Shown: positions 36,078 to 45,715, numbered from the stretch's first letter. The stretch is DNA of 64,000 nt from an uncultured Candidatus Saccharibacteria bacterium (GCA_964445905.1 CAYUNN010000003.1:69312-133311); one strand, 5' to 3'. The notes: generated by a model from the sequence alone, not told the origin. A program made the numbers and translations.

Positions 36078-37775
36078 ATGAAAATCAGTTCTAAAAAATT
36101 CAGAAAACTTTTAGTAGATCCTGGCTTTGTAAACGAGAAAGATTTTGACATTGCCGAGAAAAAAGCAAAAGAAAGTGATAAAGATTTGGAAGAGGTTTTA
36201 ATAGGCAATGGTTTAATTTCTGACGAAGACTTAGGGAAAATTATTGCTGAAGAGCTTGATTTTCCTTTCATTGATTTAACAAAAGAAGGGGTCTCTGAAG
36301 AAGCATTTAAGATAATCCCCGAGCTTGTTGCTAAAGTGCAACAAGTTATTGTTTTTGATCGGGAAAGCCAAGAAGAAGGGGATGTTCTTAAGGTGGCTAT
36401 GGTTGATCCGTCTAACCATGACATGATTAACTGGCTGGAAAAGAAGACTGGAGATAGAGTTGAGGCCTACTATACCACCCCTTCTTCCATTAGAGATGCC
36501 CTCAAGTTCTATAAAAAAGAAATCAAAGAAGAGTTTGACGATATTATTAAAAGTCAGGTGATAGAGGCTCAAAAAAAAGAAGCCAAAGCAAAAGATGTCC
36601 CCGTCATCAAGATTGTTGATACCCTGATTAATTATGCTTATGAAAATAGAGCTTCTGATATTCATATTGAACCATTGGAAGGAGAAACAAGAGTAAGATT
36701 CAGGATAGATGGAATCTTGCATAATGTGGTTGATCTTCCTAGTAATATCCATAATTTAGTTGTTGCCCGAATAAAAGTTTTATCTAAATTGAGAACAGAT
36801 GAAAGATTTGCCTCTCAAGACGGAAAGTTCTCAGCTAGGTTCGACAAAGAAAAATTTGATATCCGGGTTTCAATAATACCGGTTACAGAAGGAGAAAAGG
36901 TGGTAATGAGATTATTGTCAGAAAGAATAAGAAAGTTTAGCTTAGACAATCTTGGTCTTATCGGTGAGAGTTTGAAAAAAGTTCAGTCCGCAGCGAAAAA
37001 ACCTTACGGAATGATTTTAGCGACAGGTCCAACTGGTTCCGGCAAGACAACCACTCTTTATAGTATTTTAAAGATTTTAAATAAGCCGGAAGTTAATATT
37101 TCTACCATTGAGGACCCTGTGGAATATGATATTCGAGGAGTAAATCAAATTCAGGTAAATCCTAAAAAGAATATTAATTTTATCAATGGTCTTCGCTCAA
37201 TAGTAAGACAGGATCCAGACATTATTATGGTGGGAGAAATAAGAGATTCTGAAACTGCCAATATTGCTATTAATGCTGCTATGACCGGACATTTAGTCCT
37301 TTCAACTATGCATGCTAATACAGCGGCTACTAATCTTCCTAGGTTGATTGATATGGAGATAGAGCCTTTTTTAGTTGCTTCCTCTGTTAACATAATCATT
37401 GCTCAAAGATTGGTGAGGAAAGTATGTACTCGTTGTAGGGAAAGCTATGAATTATCTAAGAAAAAGGCGATAGAAAAGAATTTTCCCGAACAAGTTATAG
37501 AGAAGGTATTTAAGAAAAAAGAAAAAGTAAGAGTTTTTCATGGAAAAGGATGCAAGGCTTGTGTCGGAACTGGTTTTTCTGGTCGAATAGGAATATTTGA
37601 AGTTTTAGAGATGACAGACAAGATTCAAAAACTAGTTATGGAAAAAGCCAATGCGGGGGAGATTAATCAAGCAGCAATCGGATATGGAATGATTACTATG
37701 CTTGATGACGGAATAGAAAAAGCTTTGCTTGGTTTTACTACAATTGGAGAAGTTCTTAGAGCTACAAAAACTTAG
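36078..37775 (+). CDS. pilB: Type IV pilus assembly ATPase (PilB/GspE)
   Basis: ASDIHIEP, GPTGSGKTTT, TIEDPVE, RQDPDIIMVGEIRD, two CxxC motifs. Confidence 0.93.
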   Translation: MKISSKKFRKLLVDPGFVNEKDFDIAEKKAKESDKDLEEVLIGNGLISDEDLGKIIAEELDFPFIDLTKEGVSEEAFKIIPELVAKVQQVIVFDRESQEEGDVLKVAMVDPSNHDMINWLEKKTGDRVEAYYTTPSSIRDALKFYKKEIKEEFDDIIKSQVIEAQKKEAKAKDVPVIKIVDTLINYAYENRASDIHIEPLEGETRVRFRIDGILHNVVDLPSNIHNLVVARIKVLSKLRTDERFASQDGKFSARFDKEKFDIRVSIIPVTEGEKVVMRLLSERIRKFSLDNLGLIGESLKKVQSAAKKPYGMILATGPTGSGKTTTLYSILKILNKPEVNISTIEDPVEYDIRGVNQIQVNPKKNINFINGLRSIVRQDPDIIMVGEIRDSETANIAINAAMTGHLVLSTMHANTAATNLPRLIDMEIEPFLVASSVNIIIAQRLVRKVCTRCRESYELSKKKAIEKNFPEQVIEKVFKKKEKVRVFHGKGCKACVGTGFSGRIGIFEVLEMTDKIQKLVMEKANAGEINQAAIGYGMITMLDDGIEKALLGFTTIGEVLRATKT

Positions 37776-37780
37776 TAATT

Positions 37781-38995
37781 ATGAAATTTGACTATATTGC
37801 TCAAACAAAAGAGGGCGAGAGTAAAATAGGAGATATTAGCGCGTCAGATCTTCGGGAAGCGAAGGAAAAACTTTTAGAAAAAGATTTGATTTTGATTTCT
37901 GTTGAACAAGTTAGAAAAAAAAGATTTTACATTCCCCTTCCTTCCAGAGTTTCTCATTTAGACAAGCTTCTTTTCGCTCGTCACTTAAGGATGTTAATTA
38001 AAGCAGGGCTGCCTTTAAGGGAAGCGGTAGCAGAGATTAAAGATCAGGCTCAATCCAGGAAATTCAAGAAGGTATTGGAAGACGTTTTAGCTCAGCTGGA
38101 TAATGGAGAGTCTTTATCAAACAGCTTGGCTTCTCATCCAAAAGTTTTTGATGAACTTTCAGTAAGTTTAATCGAAATAGGAGAAGCAAGCGGTACGCTT
38201 GAGAGAAACCTCTCTTATTTAGCTGATCAATTAGAGAAAAAGCATGATTTAAGAATGAAAATAAAAGGAGCGATGATTTATCCGGTTATTGTTTTGTCTG
38301 CTACTTTTGGTTTAATTGCAATTTTAGCCGTATTTATTCTTCCCAAACTTCTTCCTTTATTCAGAAGCTTTGACATTGAGCTTCCTTTGCCGACAAAAAT
38401 ATTGCTCTTTTTCATTTCTGCAGGAGAAAGTTATGGTGCCTATATCGCCGTTTCAATAATTGCTTTTATTTTATTCATGTTTTTTATTTACCGTTTCAGA
38501 CCGGTGAAGTCTTTTTTCCACAGAATTATATTAAAACTTCCTGTTTTTGGAAAAATTACAAAAGAAGTTAATCTGGCTTACTTTTCCCGAACTCTTGGGA
38601 TACTTATAAAAAGCGGAGTTCCGATAGTTGAAGCTTTTGATATTACAAGTAAAAGTTTAAGTAATACTGTTTACCAGAAAGAAGTAGAAGGAGTTATTCC
38701 AACGATAAAGCAGGGAGGGCAGATAGCAGGATATTTTAAAGATAAACCTAAGATTTTTCCTTCCGTTTTTTCAAGAATGATAAGGGTAGGAGAAAGAACA
38801 GGAAAAATAGATGAATCATTGTCTTATCTTGCCAGTTTTTATGAAAAAAATGTTGATGACGCTACCAAGAACATTTCCTCAACTTTGGAGCCGGCTTTAT
38901 TGATATTTATTGGAATGATTATTGCTTTCATTGCCGTCTCTATTATCATGCCAATTTATGAAGCCACTCACGGCTTAAGTGGCTTAAGAAGATAA
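37781..38995 (+). CDS. pilC: Type IV pilus platform protein (PilC/GspF)
   Basis: Two T2SSF domains; GEASGTL, AMIYP, GERTGKID, LEP. Confidence 0.93.
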   Translation: MKFDYIAQTKEGESKIGDISASDLREAKEKLLEKDLILISVEQVRKKRFYIPLPSRVSHLDKLLFARHLRMLIKAGLPLREAVAEIKDQAQSRKFKKVLEDVLAQLDNGESLSNSLASHPKVFDELSVSLIEIGEASGTLERNLSYLADQLEKKHDLRMKIKGAMIYPVIVLSATFGLIAILAVFILPKLLPLFRSFDIELPLPTKILLFFISAGESYGAYIAVSIIAFILFMFFIYRFRPVKSFFHRIILKLPVFGKITKEVNLAYFSRTLGILIKSGVPIVEAFDITSKSLSNTVYQKEVEGVIPTIKQGGQIAGYFKDKPKIFPSVFSRMIRVGERTGKIDESLSYLASFYEKNVDDATKNISSTLEPALLIFIGMIIAFIAVSIIMPIYEATHGLSGLRR

Positions 38996-39000
38996 ATATT

Positions 39001-39948
39001 ATGAGGGCATTTACTTTTATTGAGCTCTTAATTGTAATAGGTATTATTTCTGTTCTTTTACTTTTAACGATCCCATTAGGGATTGGTTTTTATAAAGGAC
39101 AGCAATTAGATAGTGTAGCCGAAGGAGTTCTTCAAAATTTAAGGAGAGCTCAACTAAGAGCTATGTCTCAGTCTGATTATGACTTCGGAGTTTATTTTGG
39201 TTCCGGAAACATCGAAGAATATATTCTTTTTCAGGGAGATTCCTATGCTAACGGTGAGAATGAAGAAGTATTTGATGTCCCCAAAGGAATTTATTTTAGC
39301 GGATTGGAAGAAGTGGTTTTTTCAAGAACTGCCGGAGAGCCTTTTTTGACAGGAGATATCAGCATAACCAATGAGATTTCAAATGTTATTATCAGTATTA
39401 ATAACTTAGGGAGAATAAGTTATGCTCCTCCTGAGCCTCCACCTCCCCAGGGCTGCTGGGGAACAGGAGGAGAATGTGATCCTCTTTGCCATTATACTGA
39501 TTACGGCATTCCGACAGCAGCTTATCGAGAACCAATCCCTCCCTGCAACAGAGAATGCAATCCAGCCAGAAATATATTTATTGATCCTTCAGGAGCGTGC
39601 AGAGATGACGGAACGGATAACTGCTACAAAATGACAGATCCAACAACCGGATACACTGAATGCATCCAGAGAGAATCATGCGAAGGAAGGTGTGAGGGGA
39701 TATGTACTCCTTGTCGAGAGATAATAGATCCTCAGGAATGCGAACAGCAAGAAGGGTGCAGAGCTATTTCATCTCCAGGAGTTTTTATATGTCGTGGAGA
39801 ATGTGTTTCTTGCGAGGAGTTTTCTGAAGGAGGAAACTGTTCCAATCAGCTGGGTTGCGGTTGGGATGCTACTGCCTGGTACTGGGAACTTGCCAGTCCC
39901 CAATCAGGCTACTTTAATTATGTAACTTGTGAATGGTATGAAGAATGA
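39001..39948 (+). CDS. Minor pilin (FimT/GspH-like) with Cys-rich C-terminal cassette
   Basis: MRA|FTFIELLIV prepilin motif. Confidence 0.88.
   Translation: MRAFTFIELLIVIGIISVLLLLTIPLGIGFYKGQQLDSVAEGVLQNLRRAQLRAMSQSDYDFGVYFGSGNIEEYILFQGDSYANGENEEVFDVPKGIYFSGLEEVVFSRTAGEPFLTGDISITNEISNVIISINNLGRISYAPPEPPPPQGCWGTGGECDPLCHYTDYGIPTAAYREPIPPCNRECNPARNIFIDPSGACRDDGTDNCYKMTDPTTGYTECIQRESCEGRCEGICTPCREIIDPQECEQQEGCRAISSPGVFICRGECVSCEEFSEGGNCSNQLGCGWDATAWYWELASPQSGYFNYVTCEWYEE
39451..39948 (+). repeat. Cys-rich cassette, copy 1 (498 bp)
   Basis: Near-identical to 40361-40858 and 41625-42125. Confidence 0.97.
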
Positions 39949-40858
39949 AGGATTTACTTTAATTGAGTTAATAATATATATTGCTATTGTTTCATTGATT
40001 CTTATTCTGTCTAGTAATTTTGCTTGGGATATTATTCAGGGAAATGTTAAATCTAATTCTTCTCGAGAAGTACAACAAAATGCCCGCTTTGCAATGGAAA
40101 GAGTTTCCCGCAGTTTAAGAGAGGGAAATGATCCGCTTATTTTTAGTGTTGTCGATGGCGTTCTTTATGAAAGTGATGCCCCCTTAACTAGCGAACAGGT
40201 TAGGGTTGTTGATTTTAGTATTACTTCTGTCTCAAATACTTATAAGATTAGTTTAACTGTTGAGTATAATAATATTAGCGGGAGAAGAGAGTATGAAGCG
40301 GAATCAACCTTAGAGTCAACAATTGCTTTATTTTCAGGAGACATATCTCCACCTCCCGAGGGCTGCTGGGGAACAGGAGGAGAATGTGATCTTCTTTGCC
40401 ATTACGCTAATTACGGTATCCCGACAGCAGCTTATCGAGAACCAATTCCTCCCTGCAACAGAGAATGCAATCCAGCCAGAAATATATTTATTGATCCTTC
40501 AGGAGCGTGTAGTGATGATGGAACAGGCGATTGTTACAAGATGGCAGATTCAACAACCGGGCCTACCGAATGTATCCAGAGAGAATCATGCGAAGGGAGA
40601 TGCGAAGGAATATGTACTCCTTGTCGGGAGATTGTGGATCCTCAAGAATGCGAACAACAAGAAGGGTGCAGAATGATTGCAACTCCAGGAGGTTTTATGT
40701 GTCACGGAGAATGTATTGCCTGTGAAGAATTCCCTGATGAAGAAAACTGTTCCAATCAGCTGGGTTGCGGTTGGAACGCTACTGCCTGGTACTGGGAACT
40801 TGCCAGTCCCCAATCAGGCTACTTTAATTATGTAACTTGTGAATGGTATGAAGAATGA
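39938..40858 (+). CDS. Minor pilin (PilW/GspJ-like) with Cys-rich C-terminal cassette
   Basis: MKNEG|FTLIELIIY; the ATG lies inside the end of repeat copy 1. Confidence 0.88.
   Translation: MKNEGFTLIELIIYIAIVSLILILSSNFAWDIIQGNVKSNSSREVQQNARFAMERVSRSLREGNDPLIFSVVDGVLYESDAPLTSEQVRVVDFSITSVSNTYKISLTVEYNNISGRREYEAESTLESTIALFSGDISPPPEGCWGTGGECDLLCHYANYGIPTAAYREPIPPCNRECNPARNIFIDPSGACSDDGTGDCYKMADSTTGPTECIQRESCEGRCEGICTPCREIVDPQECEQQEGCRMIATPGGFMCHGECIACEEFPDEENCSNQLGCGWNATAWYWELASPQSGYFNYVTCEWYEE
40361..40858 (+). repeat. Cys-rich cassette, copy 2 (498 bp)
   Basis: Direct repeat of copy 1 with patchy substitutions. Confidence 0.97.
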
Positions 40859-42125
40859 GAGAGGACAATCTTTTATAGAACTGCTAATTGCTATGGGAAT
40901 TTTTGTTGCATTGATGTCTGCCGTTACTTTTCTCGTTCTTAATTCTCATATAAGCAACAGGATTGGTCAGGAAATTACTCTGGCCGATTATCTGGCTCAA
41001 GAGGGATTAGAAGCGGCAAAGTCAATAAGAGATAATAACTGGGATGATTTAACAGATGGATCTCATGGAATTGACATTTTTGATGATAGATGGATTTTCC
41101 AAGGAACAGAGAATGATTTAAGCGATAAACTTAACGATGGGAAAAGATCGATAGTCGTGGAAACAAAAAGTTCTGATGTTAAAAAAATTATTTCTTCCGT
41201 TGAATGGAAATTTACAGGAGGAAGAATTCAAAAAGTTGAACTGGTTAGTTATCTGACAAATTGGCAAAAAGAAACGTCGGGGATTACGGTTTTTTTCAGT
41301 TCAAGTGAATATTCAGTTTTAGAAAGTGCAGGTATTTTTACTGCTGAAGTCAATCTTTCCGAGGCATACGAAGGTGAAATTACTGTAAGATATAGAACAG
41401 AAAATGGAAGCGCTGTTTCCCCGGATGATTATTTGAAAGCTGATGATATTTTAGTTTTTGATCCCGGGGTTATTTCCCAAACTTTTGACATAGAGATTGT
41501 GGATAACTTATTAGAAGAGTCGGATAAATATTTTAGCCTGATCCTTTATGGTCCTCAAAATGCTATGCTTGGATCTCCCAGTATGGCAACGATAGTAATT
41601 ATTGACGATGATGGTCCTCCCCAGGGCTGCTGGGGAACAGGAGGAGAATGTGATCTTCTTTGCCATTATACTGATTACGGCATTCCGACAGCAGCTTATC
41701 GAGAACCAATCCCTCCCTGCAACAGAGAATGCAATCCAGCCAGAGATATCTTTGTCAATCCTTCAGGAGCGTGCAGAGATGACGGAACGGATAACTGCTA
41801 CAAAATGATAGATTCAACAACCGGATACACTGAATGCATCCAGAGAGAATCATGCGAAGGAAGGTGTGAGGGGATATGTACTCCTTGCGAAGAAATTATA
41901 GACCCAAGAGAATGCGAACAGCAAGAAGGGTGCAGAGGATTTAATGTTCCAGGAGGAGGTTTTAGATGTTTGGGCAGATGCGTTGTTTGTGGAGAGTTTC
42001 CCGACGAAGGAAACTGTTCCAATCAGTTAGGTTGTTGGTGGGATGCTACTGCCTGGTATTGGGAACTTGCCAGTCCCCAATCAGGCTACTTTAATTATGT
42101 AACTTGTGAATGGTATGAAGAATGA
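40848..42125 (+). CDS. Minor pilin (PilV/GspI-like) with Calx-beta domain and Cys-rich cassette
   Basis: RG|QSFIELLIAMGIF, LAQEGLEAAKSIR, Calx-beta (FSSSEYSVLE...DY...F.PG....F.I.IVD...E). Confidence 0.88.
   Translation: MKNERGQSFIELLIAMGIFVALMSAVTFLVLNSHISNRIGQEITLADYLAQEGLEAAKSIRDNNWDDLTDGSHGIDIFDDRWIFQGTENDLSDKLNDGKRSIVVETKSSDVKKIISSVEWKFTGGRIQKVELVSYLTNWQKETSGITVFFSSSEYSVLESAGIFTAEVNLSEAYEGEITVRYRTENGSAVSPDDYLKADDILVFDPGVISQTFDIEIVDNLLEESDKYFSLILYGPQNAMLGSPSMATIVIIDDDGPPQGCWGTGGECDLLCHYTDYGIPTAAYREPIPPCNRECNPARDIFVNPSGACRDDGTDNCYKMIDSTTGYTECIQRESCEGRCEGICTPCEEIIDPRECEQQEGCRGFNVPGGGFRCLGRCVVCGEFPDEGNCSNQLGCWWDATAWYWELASPQSGYFNYVTCEWYEE
41625..42125 (+). repeat. Cys-rich cassette, copy 3 (501 bp)
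   Basis: Direct repeat, one codon longer than copies 1 and 2. Confidence 0.97.
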
Positions 42126-42519
42126 GAATCAAAAAAATGGATACATTGCTTTAGTTTCTGTCCTTATTATTTCTTCAATTACCTTATTTTTAGCAATTAA
42201 TGCTAATTTATTTGGTATTTCAGAATCAGGAATGGCTTTGAGGAAAAGCCATTCTTCCAAGTCTTTTTATCTGGCTAATCTTTGCGCTGAAGACGCTTTA
42301 ATGAAGTTAAAAAATAATTTGGATTATTCCGGAGATGAAACATTGAGTCTTGACGGAGGAAGCTGCTATATTTCTTCACTTGAAGGAAGCGGCAATGAAG
42401 ATAGGATAATTAAAACAAGCGGAAACTTCAATGATCAGACAAGAAGGATTATAATAGAAATAGGCAGGGTTAATCCTTTAATGGAAATTAGTTCATGGAG
42501 AGAAGTATCGAGTTTTTAA
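42115..42519 (+). CDS. PilX/GspK-like minor pilin
   Basis: NG|YIALVSVLII (no Glu5); FYLANLCAEDAL. Confidence 0.75.
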   Translation: MKNENQKNGYIALVSVLIISSITLFLAINANLFGISESGMALRKSHSSKSFYLANLCAEDALMKLKNNLDYSGDETLSLDGGSCYISSLEGSGNEDRIIKTSGNFNDQTRRIIIEIGRVNPLMEISSWREVSSF

Positions 42520-42531
42520 TGAAATATAATT

Positions 42532-44028
42532 ATGTTCCGCGGAAATAAAATTTTTGGCATAGATATAAGTGATTTTTCGATAGAAATTTTACAGCTCAAT
42601 TCTAGAAAAAAACCAATGGCATTTGGCAGAATTGTTATTGAAGAAGGAATTGTAAGAGATGGGTTTGTTTTGAAAAAAGAAGAATTGAAAAAGAAAATAG
42701 AAAAAGTCGTTTCTAAATCAAGGGTTCGAGGAAACAAGGTTATCTTGTCTTTGCCCGAATCAAAAGTTTTTACCAGTCTTTTTAGTATTCCCGGAGAAAT
42801 CAAAGGAGACAGGCTTAAAGAAGCAATTGAGAATGAAGCTAGAAAAACTATTCCCATTGAGTCTTCAAAAATATACTGGGATTGGCAGGTAGTTTTTACG
42901 GATCCCAAGAGCAATCAGCAGTTAATACTTTACGTTGGAACATTAAAAGAAATCATTGATGATTATCTTGATATTTTCAAAGACCTGGGAATAGAAATTA
43001 TTGCTTTTGAATTAGATTCTGTTGCTCTAGCCCGGGCCTTACTGGTAAAAAATAAACCAAGAAATGGAGTGCTGATTATGGATATCGGGGCTCGGGTGAC
43101 CGATATTAGTATTTTTGACAAAGATATTATCCTAAAAGATTCCAATGTAGTCTCTGTGGGAGGGGATTATTTAACCAAAATATTAGCGGAAAAATTAAAA
43201 ATATCAGAAGAAAAAGCAGAAAGAGCCAAAAGGAAGTTTGGCGTGGATGGAGAGAACGAAAAAGTGAGCAAAATTTTAAAAGAAGAATTAGAACCTGTTA
43301 TTGAAAGAACGAATAAATCAGTCAGTTATTACAGGGGAAAATTAGATGGGGCATTTTTAGCTGGAGGATCAGCTCAGATTCCTGGCTTGTCCAGTTATTT
43401 TGCTTCTAAAATAAACCTTAATACCAGTATTGGTGTTTCTCCTCTTCTAGCTCAAATCAAAGAAGGTTCGGTTCTTTTTAATACCGTAGCAGGATTAGCC
43501 TTGAGAGGAATAGAAAAAGATCCTAAAAAAGCAGGCGTGAATCTTCTGCCTAAAAAAGAAAAGAGAACCAGTTTAGTTAGTCAGGAAACAAGCAAAAAGA
43601 ATTATTTCCGGGTCTTGGCTATTATAATAGGAATAATCGGTTTTGTTTTTCTTAGCTGGGTAATTTATAAATTTATTATTGAACCTCTTGATCAAAAACC
43701 AAAACCTCCTCCCTTATTAGAGGAAGTACCTGTGGCCACCGGCACAGAAGAAGAAGTTCAACCAGAGCCAGAGCCGGAGCCGGAGCTAGAACCGGAAGTG
43801 GAAGTAGAAGAAATAGAAGTCGTTATTATTTTGGAAACAGAAGAAGGTTGGATTGATGTAAGACAGGGGCCTGATGATAACTATCCTTCTGTAGCCAGAA
43901 TTAATGCCGGGGATAGTTTTCCACTATTGGCTGAATTTGATAATTGGTATAGAATAGAATTAACAGACGGTACTACTGGTTGGGTTTCTGGTAAAAGTGT
44001 TATAATAGAAAAACAATCTACCAACTAA
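42532..44028 (+). CDS. pilM: PilM actin-like protein fused to TM + Pro/Glu linker + SH3b domain
   Basis: GIDISD, MDIGA, LAGGSA, GLALRG...VNLLP, a TM helix, then VRQGP...WYRI...GWVS. Confidence 0.88.
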   Translation: MFRGNKIFGIDISDFSIEILQLNSRKKPMAFGRIVIEEGIVRDGFVLKKEELKKKIEKVVSKSRVRGNKVILSLPESKVFTSLFSIPGEIKGDRLKEAIENEARKTIPIESSKIYWDWQVVFTDPKSNQQLILYVGTLKEIIDDYLDIFKDLGIEIIAFELDSVALARALLVKNKPRNGVLIMDIGARVTDISIFDKDIILKDSNVVSVGGDYLTKILAEKLKISEEKAERAKRKFGVDGENEKVSKILKEELEPVIERTNKSVSYYRGKLDGAFLAGGSAQIPGLSSYFASKINLNTSIGVSPLLAQIKEGSVLFNTVAGLALRGIEKDPKKAGVNLLPKKEKRTSLVSQETSKKNYFRVLAIIIGIIGFVFLSWVIYKFIIEPLDQKPKPPPLLEEVPVATGTEEEVQPEPEPEPELEPEVEVEEIEVVIILETEEGWIDVRQGPDDNYPSVARINAGDSFPLLAEFDNWYRIELTDGTTGWVSGKSVIIEKQSTN

Positions 44029-44066
44029 AAAAAGGTCAAAATAATATTTATTTAAATAAAAAGGTT

Positions 44067-44507
44067 ATGTTTAAATCAGAAAAGGGTTTTACTTTAATTG
44101 AAATTCTTTTAGTAATTGGTTTAATTGCAATTTTAGCTGCAATAGTAATTATTGCTATTAATCCTGCTCGTCAGTTTGCCCAGGCAAGGAACACTCAGAG
44201 ATCCAGTGATGTTAATGCTATTCTAAATGCTGTTCATCAAAATATGGTTGAAAACCAAGGAGTTTGGACATGTTCTGAAGATATTCCTACCACCTCTACA
44301 GGTATAAAGGCTACTGGCACCGATATTTATAGTTGCTTGGTAGATACTTATTTGGCTGAATTGCCTTTGGATCCGGTAGAAGGATATTTTACTAGCGAAA
44401 CTGATTATGATTCCGGCTATGAAATTATGCAGAGCGGAACAACCGGCAGAGTAACAGTGTCTGCTCCCGAAGCTGAGCTTGGTGAAACAATCAGTGTTAC
44501 CAGATAA
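44067..44507 (+). CDS. Type IV major pilin-like protein
   Basis: KG|FTLIEILLVIGLIAILAAIVIIAINP..QFAQARNTQR. Confidence 0.92.
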   Translation: MFKSEKGFTLIEILLVIGLIAILAAIVIIAINPARQFAQARNTQRSSDVNAILNAVHQNMVENQGVWTCSEDIPTTSTGIKATGTDIYSCLVDTYLAELPLDPVEGYFTSETDYDSGYEIMQSGTTGRVTVSAPEAELGETISVTR

Positions 44508-44533
44508 TTTTTTAAAATAGATTAATTGTGAAG

Positions 44534-44570
44534 CATAAGGTTCGGAAGTTTTTCTTTCGGGCCTTTTATG
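44534..44570 (+). terminator. Terminator-like hairpin
   Basis: AAGGTTCGGAAG-N4-CTTTCGGGCCTT followed by TT. Confidence 0.6.
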
Positions 44571-44608
44571 TTAAAATGTATTAACCTATTAATTTTTTGA
44601 TTATTTAA

Positions 44609-45316
44609 ATGATAAAGAGAAAACAAAAAAGAACTAAAATATCAGATCCTGGTTCTGTACTGGCTCATCAATTAAAAAATCCCATCTCTGTTCTTAATGG
44701 TTATCTTGAGGTTTTACTTTCTGAGGAGATAGGAGAGATTAATAAAAAACAAAAAGAATATCTTTCCGATGCGATAGAAAACGTTAAAACTATGAGCAGA
44801 ACGGTTAATGACCTTCTTGATGTTTCTAAGATTGAAGAAGGTTATTATAAATTAAACCCAAAAAATATTAATTTGGCAGAAGTTGTTCAAGGGGTGATTG
44901 ACGAACTTTCTCCCTGGATTAAAGCGTCTAATGTAAATATTAATTTTGAAAAGCCGAAAGATATTAAAGTTTTTGCTGACCCGTTAAAGATTAGATACGT
45001 AGTAGAAAATTTAATTTCTAATTCCGTAAGGTACAAGGGACCAGGAGTGAGTTTTGTTCGGATAGAACTTAATAAGAAAAATGAAAAAGTTATTTTCTCT
45101 TGCGAAGATAACGGAATAGGAATTCCTAAAAAAGACTTTGATAAAGTTTTTTCCAAGTATTACAGGTCAGAAGAAGCGCTTAATTTTTATCCTTCCGGAA
45201 CAGGGCTCGGCCTTTATATCAGCAGGGCAATAGTTGAGCTTAGCGATGGGAAGATTTGGTTTGAGAAGAATAAAAACAAAGGAATAACTTTTTATTTTAC
45301 TTTGCCTTCTGCTTAA
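44609..45316 (+). CDS. Histidine kinase lacking an input domain (HisKA + HATPase)
   Basis: AHQLKNP H-box, NLISNS, DNGIGI, GTGLGL. Confidence 0.9.
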   Translation: MIKRKQKRTKISDPGSVLAHQLKNPISVLNGYLEVLLSEEIGEINKKQKEYLSDAIENVKTMSRTVNDLLDVSKIEEGYYKLNPKNINLAEVVQGVIDELSPWIKASNVNINFEKPKDIKVFADPLKIRYVVENLISNSVRYKGPGVSFVRIELNKKNEKVIFSCEDNGIGIPKKDFDKVFSKYYRSEEALNFYPSGTGLGLYISRAIVELSDGKIWFEKNKNKGITFYFTLPSA

Positions 45317-45328
45317 TTTCTTATAACC

Positions 45329-45715
45329 ATGGGGAAAAAAACTGAAGAAAAAAGAAAGAAAATATTGATGGTTGAGGATAATATCTTTTTAAGAAAACTT
45401 TATAGAGACAAATTAACTCGGGCTGACTTTGCGTTTGTTGAAGCAACCAACGGAGTGGAAGGGATTAATAAAATTGTTTTTGAAAAACCTGATCTAGTCC
45501 TACTTGACTTAATCTTGCCGGGAAAGAATGGTTTTGATGTCCTATCGGAGATTAAAAGCAAGCCGGAAGTTAAAAATATTCCGGTGATAATCTTATCTAA
45601 CTTGTCCCAGGAAGCGGACATTAAAGAAGCAATGAGCCTTGGAGCAAAAGATTATTTAGTTAAAACAGAAGTGAGATTGTCTGAGGTCGTAGATAAGATT
45701 AAAAAGATTATTTAA
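45329..45715 (+). CDS. Single-domain response regulator
   Basis: VED, LLDLILP..NG, IILSN, YLVK. Confidence 0.92.
   Translation: MGKKTEEKRKKILMVEDNIFLRKLYRDKLTRADFAFVEATNGVEGINKIVFEKPDLVLLDLILPGKNGFDVLSEIKSKPEVKNIPVIILSNLSQEADIKEAMSLGAKDYLVKTEVRLSEVVDKIKKII

Noticed and set aside
39422-41808. Alternate-frame ORFs repeated inside the pilin cassettes (PRAAGEQEENV...)
   Set aside because: They recur only because the DNA is repeated, and their lengths differ between copies.
39451-42125. Diversity-generating retroelement (TR/VR pair) as the explanation for the pilin repeats
   Set aside because: Differences are not adenine-specific (many synonymous C/T changes and an indel), all three copies are coding, and no reverse transcriptase is present in the window.
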